64,000 bases of DNA from a virus (lineage: Duplodnaviria; Heunggongvirae; Uroviricota; Caudoviricetes), in the IMG/VR virus record IMGVR_UViG_3300044655_003531, positions 1-64,000 of that record. One strand, given 5' to 3'. The notes under the pieces were generated by a model. That model was not told the origin of the DNA, did not search any database, and was given only the letters and a program-made list of their open reading frames with translations. Each line of letters starts with the position of its first letter. The first letter of the stretch is position 1. Position numbers and translations under genes: made by a program. Positions 17,347-25,710 of the stretch are shown here, piece by piece.

Positions 17347-17997
17347 TTAATTTGATAAACTTAAAGGCAAAAAGAGAAGTGTGGGATTTTTCTTTTGAAT
17401 GTCGACATCTGGATATTTTTTTCTAAATTCCATAACGTCAAACTTTTTGGTGATTAAATGGTGGCCGTTTTTGGTGGGGATAATAGCCTCTATTTTCGGA
17501 CCCACCTTGTGGCCGACAGGAAACCCAGCTTCATCAAAGTCGACTACGGTGATGGGTTGGCATCGATACTCCAAATAGGACATCATCATAGGACTTGGAG
17601 TTTGTGACCCATCAACATCCACAATCCATCTTTTCTCGTGGGTTTGGATTTGGCCAACAACAGAATCGAAAAGATTTTTTTGGTTCGCTTGACCATTTCG
17701 AATTCTTTCTGCCAAGGCAACCATCATGCTCAAAGAAACATCTTGGTGATTTTGCTTTTGAACATGAATATAAGCACGGGCTTTAAACAGCTCGCACAAT
17801 TGTTTAATTTCATCGTATCTACGGTCTAAGTGGTCAACACTTTCGATACAGTAGGTTTTGATTGTTCTGACCGATTGGTGGTTGTCCCTTTCTTCTCCGG
17901 GCTGGTCCTTTTTTCTCTTTAACACATAGAGCATGTAAAAATCTCCAGTTTTCTCAAAATTGAGCAGAGGTTTTATTAGATGAAGGTTGTCGATCAT
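17347..17997 (-). CDS. hypothetical protein in the RNA-repair operon (about 216 aa from internal Met; ORF track extends to 18039)
   Basis: ATG at 17995-17997 is preceded by a TTTG...TATATTTG Bacteroidetes-type promoter. No family recognised. Confidence 0.45.
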   Translation of the reverse strand: MIDNLHLIKPLLNFEKTGDFYMLYVLKRKKDQPGEERDNHQSVRTIKTYCIESVDHLDRRYDEIKQLCELFKARAYIHVQKQNHQDVSLSMMVALAERIRNGQANQKNLFDSVVGQIQTHEKRWIVDVDGSQTPSPMMMSYLEYRCQPITVVDFDEAGFPVGHKVGPKIEAIIPTKNGHHLITKKFDVMEFRKKYPDVDIQKKNPTLLFLPLSLSN

Positions 17998-18040
17998 GGT
18001 GTTGTAATTTGTAGCAAATATACGAAAAAGATCCGACAAA
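17998..18040 (-). promoter_or_regulatory. Bacteroidetes-type promoter (-33 TTTG, -7 TATATTTG) upstream of the 17347..17997 gene
   Basis: Minus-strand sequence TTTTTTGTCGGATCTTTTTCGTATATTTGCTACAAATTACAACACC-ATG. Similar TATATTT(G/A) boxes lie upstream of the starts at 25230, 23110 and 26148. Confidence 0.45.
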
Positions 18041-18117
18041 AAATAAAACCAAAAAAGGTTTAAATTTGGATCGGCAAAAATTATTCCATTTCAGAATTTA
18101 CTTAAAGAGTCTTATTT

Positions 18118-18507
18118 TTAGTTTTGGTCTTTTTGAGACTCAGCGTTTTTGAAAATAAATATAAGATGCATTACTAACATTAAGAAGTTTAATAATTTAA
18201 AAAATACATCTCCAACACCGATATTTTCAAATACCAGGACACACCCGATTACAACACTCACCCCGGTCCATAGATTAGCATTTTTAGAATCAATAGCATT
18301 TGCTCTTTTATAAATGGTCGCAAAGGTATACCAATAAACTAAAAATAACATACCACATCCTAATAGTAACACTATTATATTTAACTCCCATCCCACACCA
18401 CATGTGAACCCAGCTAGGTACTGCAAAATATTTGCAAGAATAGACCTTAAAAAATAAGTGGTACCGCCAATTCGACCAGAGAAGTCAAAATATTTATTTT
18501 TAATCAT
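18118..18507 (-). CDS. multi-pass membrane protein (about 129 aa from internal Met)
   Basis: Three to four hydrophobic helices. The long form overlaps the upstream gene by 100 nt, so the internal start MIKNKYF is more plausible. Confidence 0.45.
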   Translation of the reverse strand: MIKNKYFDFSGRIGGTTYFLRSILANILQYLAGFTCGVGWELNIIVLLLGCGMLFLVYWYTFATIYKRANAIDSKNANLWTGVSVVIGCVLVFENIGVGDVFFKLLNFLMLVMHLIFIFKNAESQKDQN

Positions 18508-18895
18508 CGTTTCTTTCTTTGATTGAATCTGATGAAGAATCAGGAGGAATTGCACCCCATATTTTCGCAAAATCCTTGTCTGATATTGAACGAGCAATAA
18601 AGTCGGATTTCGTGAGTGGATCGTTCAGAGTGTACATCCAGGCGTTGTAGTACTTTTGGTAGGCAGAATCCATTCTTGATATTTGTGAATTGGAGGTTGC
18701 CAAATCAATCCCGTGATGCACTCCCCTAATAAATTCTTCAATCTCCTGGTTTGAAATTAGGGGCAGGGATTTACCTAAAGCCAAGCCTACCTCGTTGCCT
18801 AAATCCGACACTTCACCATTAGGGTAGGAAACATTTTTTAAGTGGTCTGAAATTTCCTCTGTTATCCTTTTGAAGTCGAAGTTTTGGTAGGTCAT
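18500..18895 (-). CDS. hypothetical protein (131 aa)
   Basis: ORF. Confidence 0.45.
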   Translation of the reverse strand: MTYQNFDFKRITEEISDHLKNVSYPNGEVSDLGNEVGLALGKSLPLISNQEIEEFIRGVHHGIDLATSNSQISRMDSAYQKYYNAWMYTLNDPLTKSDFIARSISDKDFAKIWGAIPPDSSSDSIKERNDD

Positions 18896-18912
18896 TTTTT
18901 ATGATAACTTTC

Positions 18913-19553
18913 TTAATTTATTTTCTGAAATGTGGTAACCAGATCTGTTGTAAGTGGAGATGGACTGCACTGAACCTGCTGAACGATCTTAAAACCAAGT
19001 CGATGAAGTTCTTTGTTAAGTTCTTCATGATCTAGATTTGCTCTGCCACCCTTGTTTTTAAAGGACAGATCTTCACCTCCTCCAAACCAGGCGTGATGCA
19101 AAGTTGCCTTTCCCCCTATATTTAAAACTCGATGCATTTCCGGCAGATAATCTCGAATAATATCCCAGTGAATATGAACAAAAGAATCGAAGGAAACAAT
19201 TGCATCGAAGGATGAACTTGGGAAGCAGGTCAAAGATTTTCCATCGTTCATGTGGTAACCGTGGATTCTATCTCCAAATCTATCTAAACAAAATTTAAGA
19301 GGAACAGAGTTGTATTCAACCAAACTCAGGGAAGGACAGTGATTCAAGAAAAATTCTGTGATTCTACCACCTCCGGCGCTATTTCTAAATTTCTATTTCC
19401 CAGATGGGGAACATAAAGAGGATAAATTAGATCAGTCCAAAGCTGCTCAGGGGAAGAAAAATTAGTTGACCAGTATTTAAGATCGTTTTTATTTTCCCAA
19501 ATTGCAGGATCATTCCAGAATTTCTGCTCTTCTAAATTGATATGGACTTGCAC
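18913..19553 (-). pseudogene. class I SAM-dependent methyltransferase interrupted by a single-nucleotide frameshift near 19371-19376
   Basis: Two ORFs (19344..19553 and 18913..19347) join into one MTase if one base is added at CCGGAG, giving NLEIAPGGGRITEFFLNH (motif I), LVEYNS (acidic post-I), FDAIVSFDSFVHI (motif II), VLNIGGKATL (motif III). Confidence 0.55.
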
Positions 19554-19556
19554 TAG

Positions 19557-20627
19557 CTATTCGTTTTTAAGTAAAAATCTGTTGCTGATGACCTTGAAAG
19601 AAATAGTTGTGTCCATGCTGCGAATGACCAATCCTTCCCTCTCGGCATTGGGGTTGAGAACAGATTTCCCTTCAGTCTGCTGTAAGAGTTCTTCGATGGT
19701 GTCTGGTAGAAGAAACTCAGTCCCGAGAATCGGTACGGTCTCAAATCCTAAGTCTTCCATAAGGGAGATAAAAGATCTGAGGTTGAATCTTTCCTGTTTA
19801 TCAATGTCAAAAGCATTGTAGAAACGAACGGTATGACCTTTGAGCTTGTAAGGATTCTTCTGAATTCCTTCCCCGATCAATTCACCCTGAATGCAAAGGT
19901 TAAGACCAGTATCCAGTAGCTTCTTCTTGATGTCCATTTCACGGGCCACTTTCCAGAAAGTGTTTTCCCGCTTAGGCCGTTCGATCCCATCATCGCACAG
20001 TTCCGTTCCTGACACAAATTCACCTGGTTCTGCCAACTCGAGATTTCTAGAGCAAACCCCAAATTCACCGTCTTTGACATAAAATGATGCGGAACTGCCG
20101 TCCAACTTTTCGGTTGCATAGAACTGGTGTTTACTGGTGATCTTCCATTCTTCGTATTCTCTAGACAAATTTTGGACCCTTTCCTCATCGGTTCGGCGGA
20201 GAAAAGAAGGAAAGTAGCCTTTTACTTTGCCAGCCAGTTCGGCGGGAATGGGTGGTTCGTATTTAATCACCCCAAGAATTTCGGTTACATCCATGCCAAG
20301 ATATACATTTCCCCTAACGGGAAGCACATTCAGGGGCATGAGCAATCCCTGGGATAATTCTCCTTTCAAACGGATGGTCTTGAGTCTAAATCCCTCGACA
20401 TCTCCCATTTTCTTGAAAGATGATTTTCGGAGAAACTCAAATTCATCCCGGACCGGAAGAAAAGAATCAATCTCAAAATAAACACAGGTATCTCCAGGTT
20501 TAAACTCTCCTTTCTTGGTTACCACCTGCCACCCATCAACAACAGCCAATTCGATGGCGTCTGCTCCTTTGATGGACTTGATCTCCTTGACCAATCTGAT
20601 GGAAGCTAATTTTCTGGTTTGTTCCAT
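19557..20627 (-). CDS. ATP-dependent RNA ligase-family nucleotidyltransferase (Rnl5/DraRnl-like, N-terminal OB-like domain)
   Basis: Motif I lysine in ATEKLDGSSASFY at about residue 170, preceded by an N-terminal domain as in DraRnl/NgrRnl. EGLVIRSMD resembles motif IV. Immediately upstream of the methyltransferase and the split pnk. Confidence 0.6.
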   Translation of the reverse strand: MEQTRKLASIRLVKEIKSIKGADAIELAVVDGWQVVTKKGEFKPGDTCVYFEIDSFLPVRDEFEFLRKSSFKKMGDVEGFRLKTIRLKGELSQGLLMPLNVLPVRGNVYLGMDVTEILGVIKYEPPIPAELAGKVKGYFPSFLRRTDEERVQNLSREYEEWKITSKHQFYATEKLDGSSASFYVKDGEFGVCSRNLELAEPGEFVSGTELCDDGIERPKRENTFWKVAREMDIKKKLLDTGLNLCIQGELIGEGIQKNPYKLKGHTVRFYNAFDIDKQERFNLRSFISLMEDLGFETVPILGTEFLLPDTIEELLQQTEGKSVLNPNAEREGLVIRSMDTTISFKVISNRFLLKNE

Positions 20628-20640
20628 ATTATGTAATCAA

Positions 20641-20835
20641 TTAAGACTCGGTTGAAACGGAAGAATCACTTCCTGAAGGAGCAGAAGCCAAAATCCACAC
20701 AAAAAGAGAAATAAGCACCAGTCCAAATCTGTCGTCGTTACTCCAATTTGAAATCATCAGATCCCATCTGATAAATCCAATAATTAAATAGAGGGAAAAT
20801 AAAGATTTTAGAGGAGTGATAAACCATTTTTTCAT
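20641..20835 (-). CDS. small membrane protein (64 aa)
   Basis: Two hydrophobic helices. Confidence 0.4.
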   Translation of the reverse strand: MKKWFITPLKSLFSLYLIIGFIRWDLMISNWSNDDRFGLVLISLFVWILASAPSGSDSSVSTES

Positions 20836-20910
20836 AAGACAATTTTTTTTTATTCTTCTAAACGATTTGAAAGGAGAAAAGTTCCGAATAATCTTTCAGA
20901 TCCTTTCTTT

Positions 20911-21360
20911 CTAAACGCTATGCGGGATGTTAACTCGAACACAGGATTGAGACTGTCCCTCATTCATCAAAAAATTGTTGATGTATCCCATGATGTTAGC
21001 AGAGCCAATTGGATTGGCCGAATGGGTGTAAACTAAGGGGAAAATAATGCCCGATGATTTTTTCCCTACCCTGCCCTCGAGGGTGTCGTATTTATTCAGG
21101 TAGTAATCGACCAACCATTTTGCACAGTCCATCTCAGTCTTTTCAAGGATGTTTGAGTAGTTGAGCTCGTAATTAGGTTTAACATTGTTGAAATATTCCT
21201 CCATGACAGTATCACCCAGATCGTGGTCCAGTGAAATGATCTCAATGTTTTCTAATCCTATATCAGTGACAACTTTTACAAACTGCTCGTAATTTCGAAC
21301 AACTATCCAGTTTTCATCGTTTGGGGTTCGAATATCATCTAAGTAAATTCTTTTTTTCAT
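20911..21360 (-). CDS. hypothetical protein, paralog A of a duplicated family (149 aa); REC-like acidic motif pattern
   Basis: About 75% aa identity with 25260..25709. Conserved YLDDxRTP, ISLDHDLG, HSANPIGSANIM. Lies immediately downstream of the tRNA gene. Confidence 0.55.
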   Translation of the reverse strand: MKKRIYLDDIRTPNDENWIVVRNYEQFVKVVTDIGLENIEIISLDHDLGDTVMEEYFNNVKPNYELNYSNILEKTEMDCAKWLVDYYLNKYDTLEGRVGKKSSGIIFPLVYTHSANPIGSANIMGYINNFLMNEGQSQSCVRVNIPHSV

Positions 21361-21390
21361 TTTTTGTGAGCTATTTTTTGCATTCTTGTG

Positions 21391-21521
21391 TAGTCAGGAC
21401 AGGATTCGAACCTGTACGTGGGTTGAGTCCTTTGAGAATAACACCTTTCGGTCTCTTGAGTCTCTCCTGCAACATCCCCCACAGCTTTAGCTTACTTGCT
21501 TCTACCATTCCGCCACCTGAC
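21391..21521 (-). tRNA. atypical long tRNA gene (about 131 nt); canonical acceptor, Leu-like D arm and T arm; anticodon not assigned
   Basis: Minus-strand read AGTCAGG-TG-GCGGAATGGTAGA...ACAGGTTCGAATCCTGT-CCTGACT-A. 7-bp acceptor stem, GGTTCGAATCC T-loop, D-arm close to bacterial tRNA-Leu (GGCGGAATTGGTAGAC). About 45 nt more than a type II tRNA, so it contains an intron-like or extended insertion. Confidence 0.55.
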
Positions 21522-21602
21522 TATAATTCACCTGCCTTTTATCTCCTCATATATTCCGCCCAAAATTATTATTATAATTATAAGTAAAAACGTCTGCATA
21601 TT

Positions 21603-21893
21603 CTAAAAATGCTCCCCGAAGCCGTGTTGAGTGGCTACCAACTGTGGGTTTTCCAAGTAGCGACCAATCTCTTTGTATCCAGCCTCGATGCTTGTAAATG
21701 CAATACTCTTACATCCAACCTTGACGATACATCCTCTGTCTAGCGCGTGAATGCCAATCTCCCAGCGTTTAAGGTTTTCAATCCTTCTGCGTTGCTCTCC
21801 TTGTTCTTTGCTTTCGCATTGCTCTGTTGACTTTTCAAAGCACTGTGGCATTTCTCCGACAGGTTCTACTCTTAATGTTTGTTCTTCGTTCAT
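21603..21893 (-). CDS. hypothetical protein (96 aa)
   Basis: ORF flanked by the tRNA and the tRNA-like copy. Confidence 0.45.
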   Translation of the reverse strand: MNEEQTLRVEPVGEMPQCFEKSTEQCESKEQGEQRRRIENLKRWEIGIHALDRGCIVKVGCKSIAFTSIEAGYKEIGRYLENPQLVATQHGFGEHF

Positions 21894-21927
21894 TTTGATT
21901 GGGTTTAAATTGTTTTTATATTTTTAG

Positions 21928-22007
21928 TAGTCAGGACAGGTACTGCCCCTGTTGCTTGTTCTTTTGCTTTTATGCTCACACATGAGTTACTTTTACTCCA
22001 CCTGACT
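21928..22007 (-). ncRNA. degenerate tRNA-like element (80 nt) sharing acceptor and T-stem with the tRNA at 21391..21521
   Basis: Same 5' AGTCAGGTGG and 3' ACAGG...CCTGTCCTGACTA. T-loop GGCAGTA is non-canonical and no clean anticodon arm, so probably a decayed duplicate or structured RNA. Confidence 0.4.
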
Positions 22008-22012
22008 GTTTG

Positions 22013-22576
22013 TTAATCTAATTTACATTTTATTTTATCAAAATCCTTTGTTCCCAAATGAACTGAACTATCTACAGTCATATTAGAACGGGTTTCATCT
22101 TGTTTCCAAAATTCATGGCGAATAACTTGAACAATATCATAAGTTACTCTTGCACTTTCATCTACTACATCGGGATTGTAAATACCAAAACTTCCGCCAT
22201 TAGCAAAGTTTTCTTGTAAAAGCATGTTAGCAGCATTATGTAATATTTTATCTGCTTCATCTCTAATACTGTGGTATTTTTCATAATCAATAGATAATTT
22301 TACATCCCCAACATCAGTCCAAGTACGAATTTCTTCTCCATTACCCCAATGACCTTTGGTTTTAATGTAACCATCTCCAATTTCTATCACCTCACCACGT
22401 TCGGTACTATCACCAACTTCTATTTCTTTTTTAGGTCGGAGTTTATCCCGTAGAACATTGTAATATGTTGGATGGTCTTTAATTACCCATAATTGGCCGA
22501 TACCGATACGGGAGTACATATCTAACGCCTGTTGAATTAGTCTAAGTTGTTCGTTTGTAACTTCTAATGTTGCCAT
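22013..22576 (-). CDS. hypothetical protein (187 aa)
   Basis: ORF. Confidence 0.5.
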   Translation of the reverse strand: MATLEVTNEQLRLIQQALDMYSRIGIGQLWVIKDHPTYYNVLRDKLRPKKEIEVGDSTERGEVIEIGDGYIKTKGHWGNGEEIRTWTDVGDVKLSIDYEKYHSIRDEADKILHNAANMLLQENFANGGSFGIYNPDVVDESARVTYDIVQVIRHEFWKQDETRSNMTVDSSVHLGTKDFDKIKCKLD

Positions 22577-22587
22577 AATTTTTATTT

Positions 22588-22857
22588 TTAAGATTTTGCG
22601 TAAATTATTTTATTTTGAAAATTTCCACTATGGACGTTTTCAACAAAATCAATTGCGTCTTTTAAAGTATTAAAAGTGTTTATCCCATTCCTAAAGTTCA
22701 TTTGAGCCCAAAAAGGCCACCACCATCTCCATACTTGACATTCATAACCATGATAGCTGTCGTCTACAATTCTATATTTAATAGTTTTGTAACCTAAAAA
22801 AGATTTTGAAGGCAATTTTTTCATAATAGTATTTTTAAAATCCCAAACGATATCCAA
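22588..22857 (-). CDS. hypothetical protein (89 aa)
   Basis: ORF. Confidence 0.4.
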   Translation of the reverse strand: MDIVWDFKNTIMKKLPSKSFLGYKTIKYRIVDDSYHGYECQVWRWWWPFWAQMNFRNGINTFNTLKDAIDFVENVHSGNFQNKIIYAKS

Positions 22858-22924
22858 AATAATATAACAATGAATGCAAATGCTACCGTAAAATAATAGA
22901 ATTTATCTTCCGATTTTAGATTTT

Positions 22925-23110
22925 TCATTTATTAAATAGTCTTGAAAAAAATTCAATTGTAAAAGCCACACAAAAAGGAATCCAAAGTGGAGACGTTACC
23001 CACCACCAAGACCAATTGGCAACTACCCCGGCATCTGATAGTTTTAGAATTAAAAATATCAGAAAAATTATCCCTGCAATACCTAAACTCTTGTTTGTTT
23101 TCTTTTCCAT
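22925..23110 (-). CDS. small membrane protein (61 aa)
   Basis: Two hydrophobic segments, W-rich. Promoter-like TATATTTA 25 nt upstream. Confidence 0.45.
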   Translation of the reverse strand: MEKKTNKSLGIAGIIFLIFLILKLSDAGVVANWSWWWVTSPLWIPFCVAFTIEFFSRLFNK

Positions 23111-23149
23111 AACTTTTATTTTTATAGCGTAAATATACTAGAAATTTTC

Positions 23150-23554
23150 TTACTTTTCATCAATTTTAAAATTTTCGAAAAAAAATTTCACCTCCCTTCC
23201 TGTTTCTTCAATCAGCCCATATCTTTTTATGAATTTGTATTGTGTACTGTACTGGTTGAGCGAATTTAAAAAACCTTGAATATTGGATCTAAATTGTTCT
23301 AACGTGAAAGAATTTTTTTGAATATTACAACTAGAGCAAGCTGGATTATAGTTTTCTAAAATCTCATTTTCTGGATACCTACATGTTCCACTATTTACAA
23401 ACTTACCTTTTTTTCTGTCCCATTTACTGTCCCTGACAATTGGCTGGATATGGTCCGCGTGCCAACTTTTTGTCAAATCACAGCCACAATATGCACATTT
23501 TCCACCATACTTCTCAAAAATTTTAATCCTATCAGATTTTTTCATCTGTTTCAA
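23150..23554 (-). CDS. HNH endonuclease
   Basis: CAYCGCDL...HADHIQP...NYNPACSSCNIQK is the classical CxxC...H-N-H...CxxC architecture. Confidence 0.75.
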   Translation of the reverse strand: MKQMKKSDRIKIFEKYGGKCAYCGCDLTKSWHADHIQPIVRDSKWDRKKGKFVNSGTCRYPENEILENYNPACSSCNIQKNSFTLEQFRSNIQGFLNSLNQYSTQYKFIKRYGLIEETGREVKFFFENFKIDEK

Positions 23555-23909
23555 TCTTTCTGATTTTCAGAATAGCCTCTATAGGCATTGTTTTCACACA
23601 ATATTCAACGATATGTTTGAATTCTTCCAAAGGAAAAACTAGAAGTTCTAGGGAGAAGACTTTTGAATCTCGGTGTTCTTCTACCTGTAAATGTTTATTG
23701 ACCTTACCTACAATCTGCTCGGCCAATCGTTGGGTTATTTGTTTGAGAATAATACAATCGATATCTGGTGATAGGTAGTGTTCTAATATTTCTCGAGATA
23801 AGGTGTGTTGACATTTGTGATGGGAATTTTCTAACATTAACGCTTGTTTGGCGGTCTGTAGAGATCTGACGAGTTCTCTAGAAACATGATCGAAATCTTG
23901 TGTGTTCAT
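23532..23909 (-). CDS. hypothetical protein (125 aa)
   Basis: ORF. Confidence 0.4.
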   Translation of the reverse strand: MNTQDFDHVSRELVRSLQTAKQALMLENSHHKCQHTLSREILEHYLSPDIDCIILKQITQRLAEQIVGKVNKHLQVEEHRDSKVFSLELLVFPLEEFKHIVEYCVKTMPIEAILKIRKIETDEKI

Positions 23910-23913
23910 TGAT

Positions 23914-24288
23914 TTATGTTTTTGGGTTTGATCTTTCCAATCTGAAACAAAATTCAGTATGAAAAAAACTTTTAGTGCTCGACAGAGAGTTTTTCCAATC
24001 TACAAATGCTCTAGTAAATGCCTCGAAATCCATTTTGTCATAATGGTTCAATTCGGCCAGACGAACTAACTCATTGTAGTCCATGTCTCTTAAATATCCT
24101 TTTAGTGGCATTACTCTACCCACACAAGTGCTCCAACGAAAATCTCTACCATTAAAAGTAATATAGTAGTAATCTTCGCCATCGTCTCCTATTGCAACTA
24201 ATCTTTCTATCTCGCTATATGATATAATCACAAATTGTCCCTTGAGTAGTTCAAATTCTTTTAAAATTTTCTCTAAGTTACTGTCCAT
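23914..24288 (-). CDS. hypothetical protein (124 aa)
   Basis: ORF. Confidence 0.4.
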   Translation of the reverse strand: MDSNLEKILKEFELLKGQFVIISYSEIERLVAIGDDGEDYYYITFNGRDFRWSTCVGRVMPLKGYLRDMDYNELVRLAELNHYDKMDFEAFTRAFVDWKNSLSSTKSFFHTEFCFRLERSNPKT

Positions 24289-24520
24289 TTTTTGCTTGGT
24301 TTTTAATATTTTGATTATGTAGTGCTACAATATGCTCTACTATTTCTTTGCTTAGCTCTCCACCTACTAGAATATGATATTCCTCTTGAAAGTCTCCATC
24401 TTTAAATAAAATAGGTTCAACTGGACTGATAGTACGGCACCAACATTGCTCTCCCTGAGAGCAAGTGCCAATCTTCCACTCGACTAGGAGTGATTTTTCT
24501 TTAGCTTGAGAGTAGTCCAT
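24278..24520 (-). CDS. hypothetical protein (80 aa)
   Basis: ORF. Confidence 0.4.
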   Translation of the reverse strand: MDYSQAKEKSLLVEWKIGTCSQGEQCWCRTISPVEPILFKDGDFQEEYHILVGGELSKEIVEHIVALHNQNIKNQAKNGQ

Positions 24521-24531
24521 TGTGTTAAACT

Positions 24532-25230
24532 TTAGGAATGTATTTGAACTTCAAATATCTGACTTTCGTGTGCATCCGATACATAACAACCCATAACGAG
24601 CAAAAATGTTTTTTCTCCGGGTATTCCAAAAAAACACCTATAATCGTTGGTGGAAAAGATTTCCAATTCAGATATTCCAACGAACAAAAGATTATCAATC
24701 AATTCCCTTGTAGTCTTCATAGACAAGTAAACTCCATCCACATTAAAGTAATGATTTTCTGGTAAGTGGTAATGTCCAGTTTCCTCCGTGCCTGAGGGTA
24801 TTTCACCTTCGCCATCACATTTTTCACAATCAGATTCTGAACCACAACAGTCACACTCTATAGTTCCAAATCCATCACACTCAGAGCATTCTATGTATTT
24901 TTCCGAAAATTCTGGAATTAATTTGATTTTCTCAAAAACTTCTTCAAAATCCTTGATTTTGATTCTACCGATAGGTCGAGGCACACCCTCGTAAAATTCG
25001 GAGAATTTCTCAACAACTGGAAGTGCCTTGATCCCCTCTGTATCCGAATAAATGTATCTGTTTTCAAAATTTTTATAATCAGGATCGTACGTCCAAATTA
25101 ATTTGTAGGTGTCCGTAGCGCAGACCCATCCATCGTCAAAACAAGTTGGTTTCAACATTTGTGTTCTATATGAATCCTTAGAACACCAGGATTCAATGAA
25201 CGTTTGATATTTTGGATTTTCTCTAATCAT
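24532..25230 (-). CDS. Cys-rich protein with DnaJ-type CxxCxGxG zinc-finger repeats (about 233 aa from internal Met)
   Basis: CSECDGFGTIECDCCGSESDCEKCDGEGEI. Start at 25228-25230 is preceded by TATATTTG. The longer ORF would overlap the paralog gene. Confidence 0.5.
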   Translation of the reverse strand: MIRENPKYQTFIESWCSKDSYRTQMLKPTCFDDGWVCATDTYKLIWTYDPDYKNFENRYIYSDTEGIKALPVVEKFSEFYEGVPRPIGRIKIKDFEEVFEKIKLIPEFSEKYIECSECDGFGTIECDCCGSESDCEKCDGEGEIPSGTEETGHYHLPENHYFNVDGVYLSMKTTRELIDNLLFVGISELEIFSTNDYRCFFGIPGEKTFLLVMGCYVSDAHESQIFEVQIHS

Positions 25231-25259
25231 TATTTTTTTTACAAATATACGGAAAAATC

Positions 25260-25709
25260 TCAAACAAAGTGTGGAATGTTCACACGAACACAAGATTGAG
25301 GTTGACCCTCATTCATCCAAAAATTATTAATGTATCCCATAATGTTGGCAGATCCGATTGGATTTGCCGAATGGGTATACACTTGTGGAAAAACGATACC
25401 AGATGATTTTTTTTCTGACCTACTTTTCTGAGTAAGGTAATTGTCAAGATAGTGATTGACCAACCACTTAGCACAATCCATTCCCGTCTTTTCAAGGATG
25501 TTATTGTAATCCAATTTGTAGTTTGGACTCACGTTATTGAAATATTCATTCATCGCTGTATCACCCAAATCGTGATCCAAGGAAATTACATCTATGTTTT
25601 CTAATCCTATATTTGTTACCGCTTCCACGAACTCGTCATAATTCCTCACAACCACCCAAATATCTTCTTTGGGGGTTCTAACATCATCTAAGTAAATTTG
25701 TTTTTTCAT
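25260..25709 (-). CDS. hypothetical protein, paralog B of the duplicated family (149 aa)
   Basis: About 75% aa and 80% nt identity with 20911..21360. Confidence 0.55.
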   Translation of the reverse strand: MKKQIYLDDVRTPKEDIWVVVRNYDEFVEAVTNIGLENIDVISLDHDLGDTAMNEYFNNVSPNYKLDYNNILEKTGMDCAKWLVNHYLDNYLTQKSRSEKKSSGIVFPQVYTHSANPIGSANIMGYINNFWMNEGQPQSCVRVNIPHFV

Positions 25710-25710
25710 T

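Noticed and set aside
21928-22007. Second functional tRNA gene
   Set aside because: Acceptor and T-stem are shared with the real tRNA, but the T-loop is GGCAGTA instead of TTCGAAT and no anticodon arm can be drawn. Treated as a degenerate tRNA-like element.
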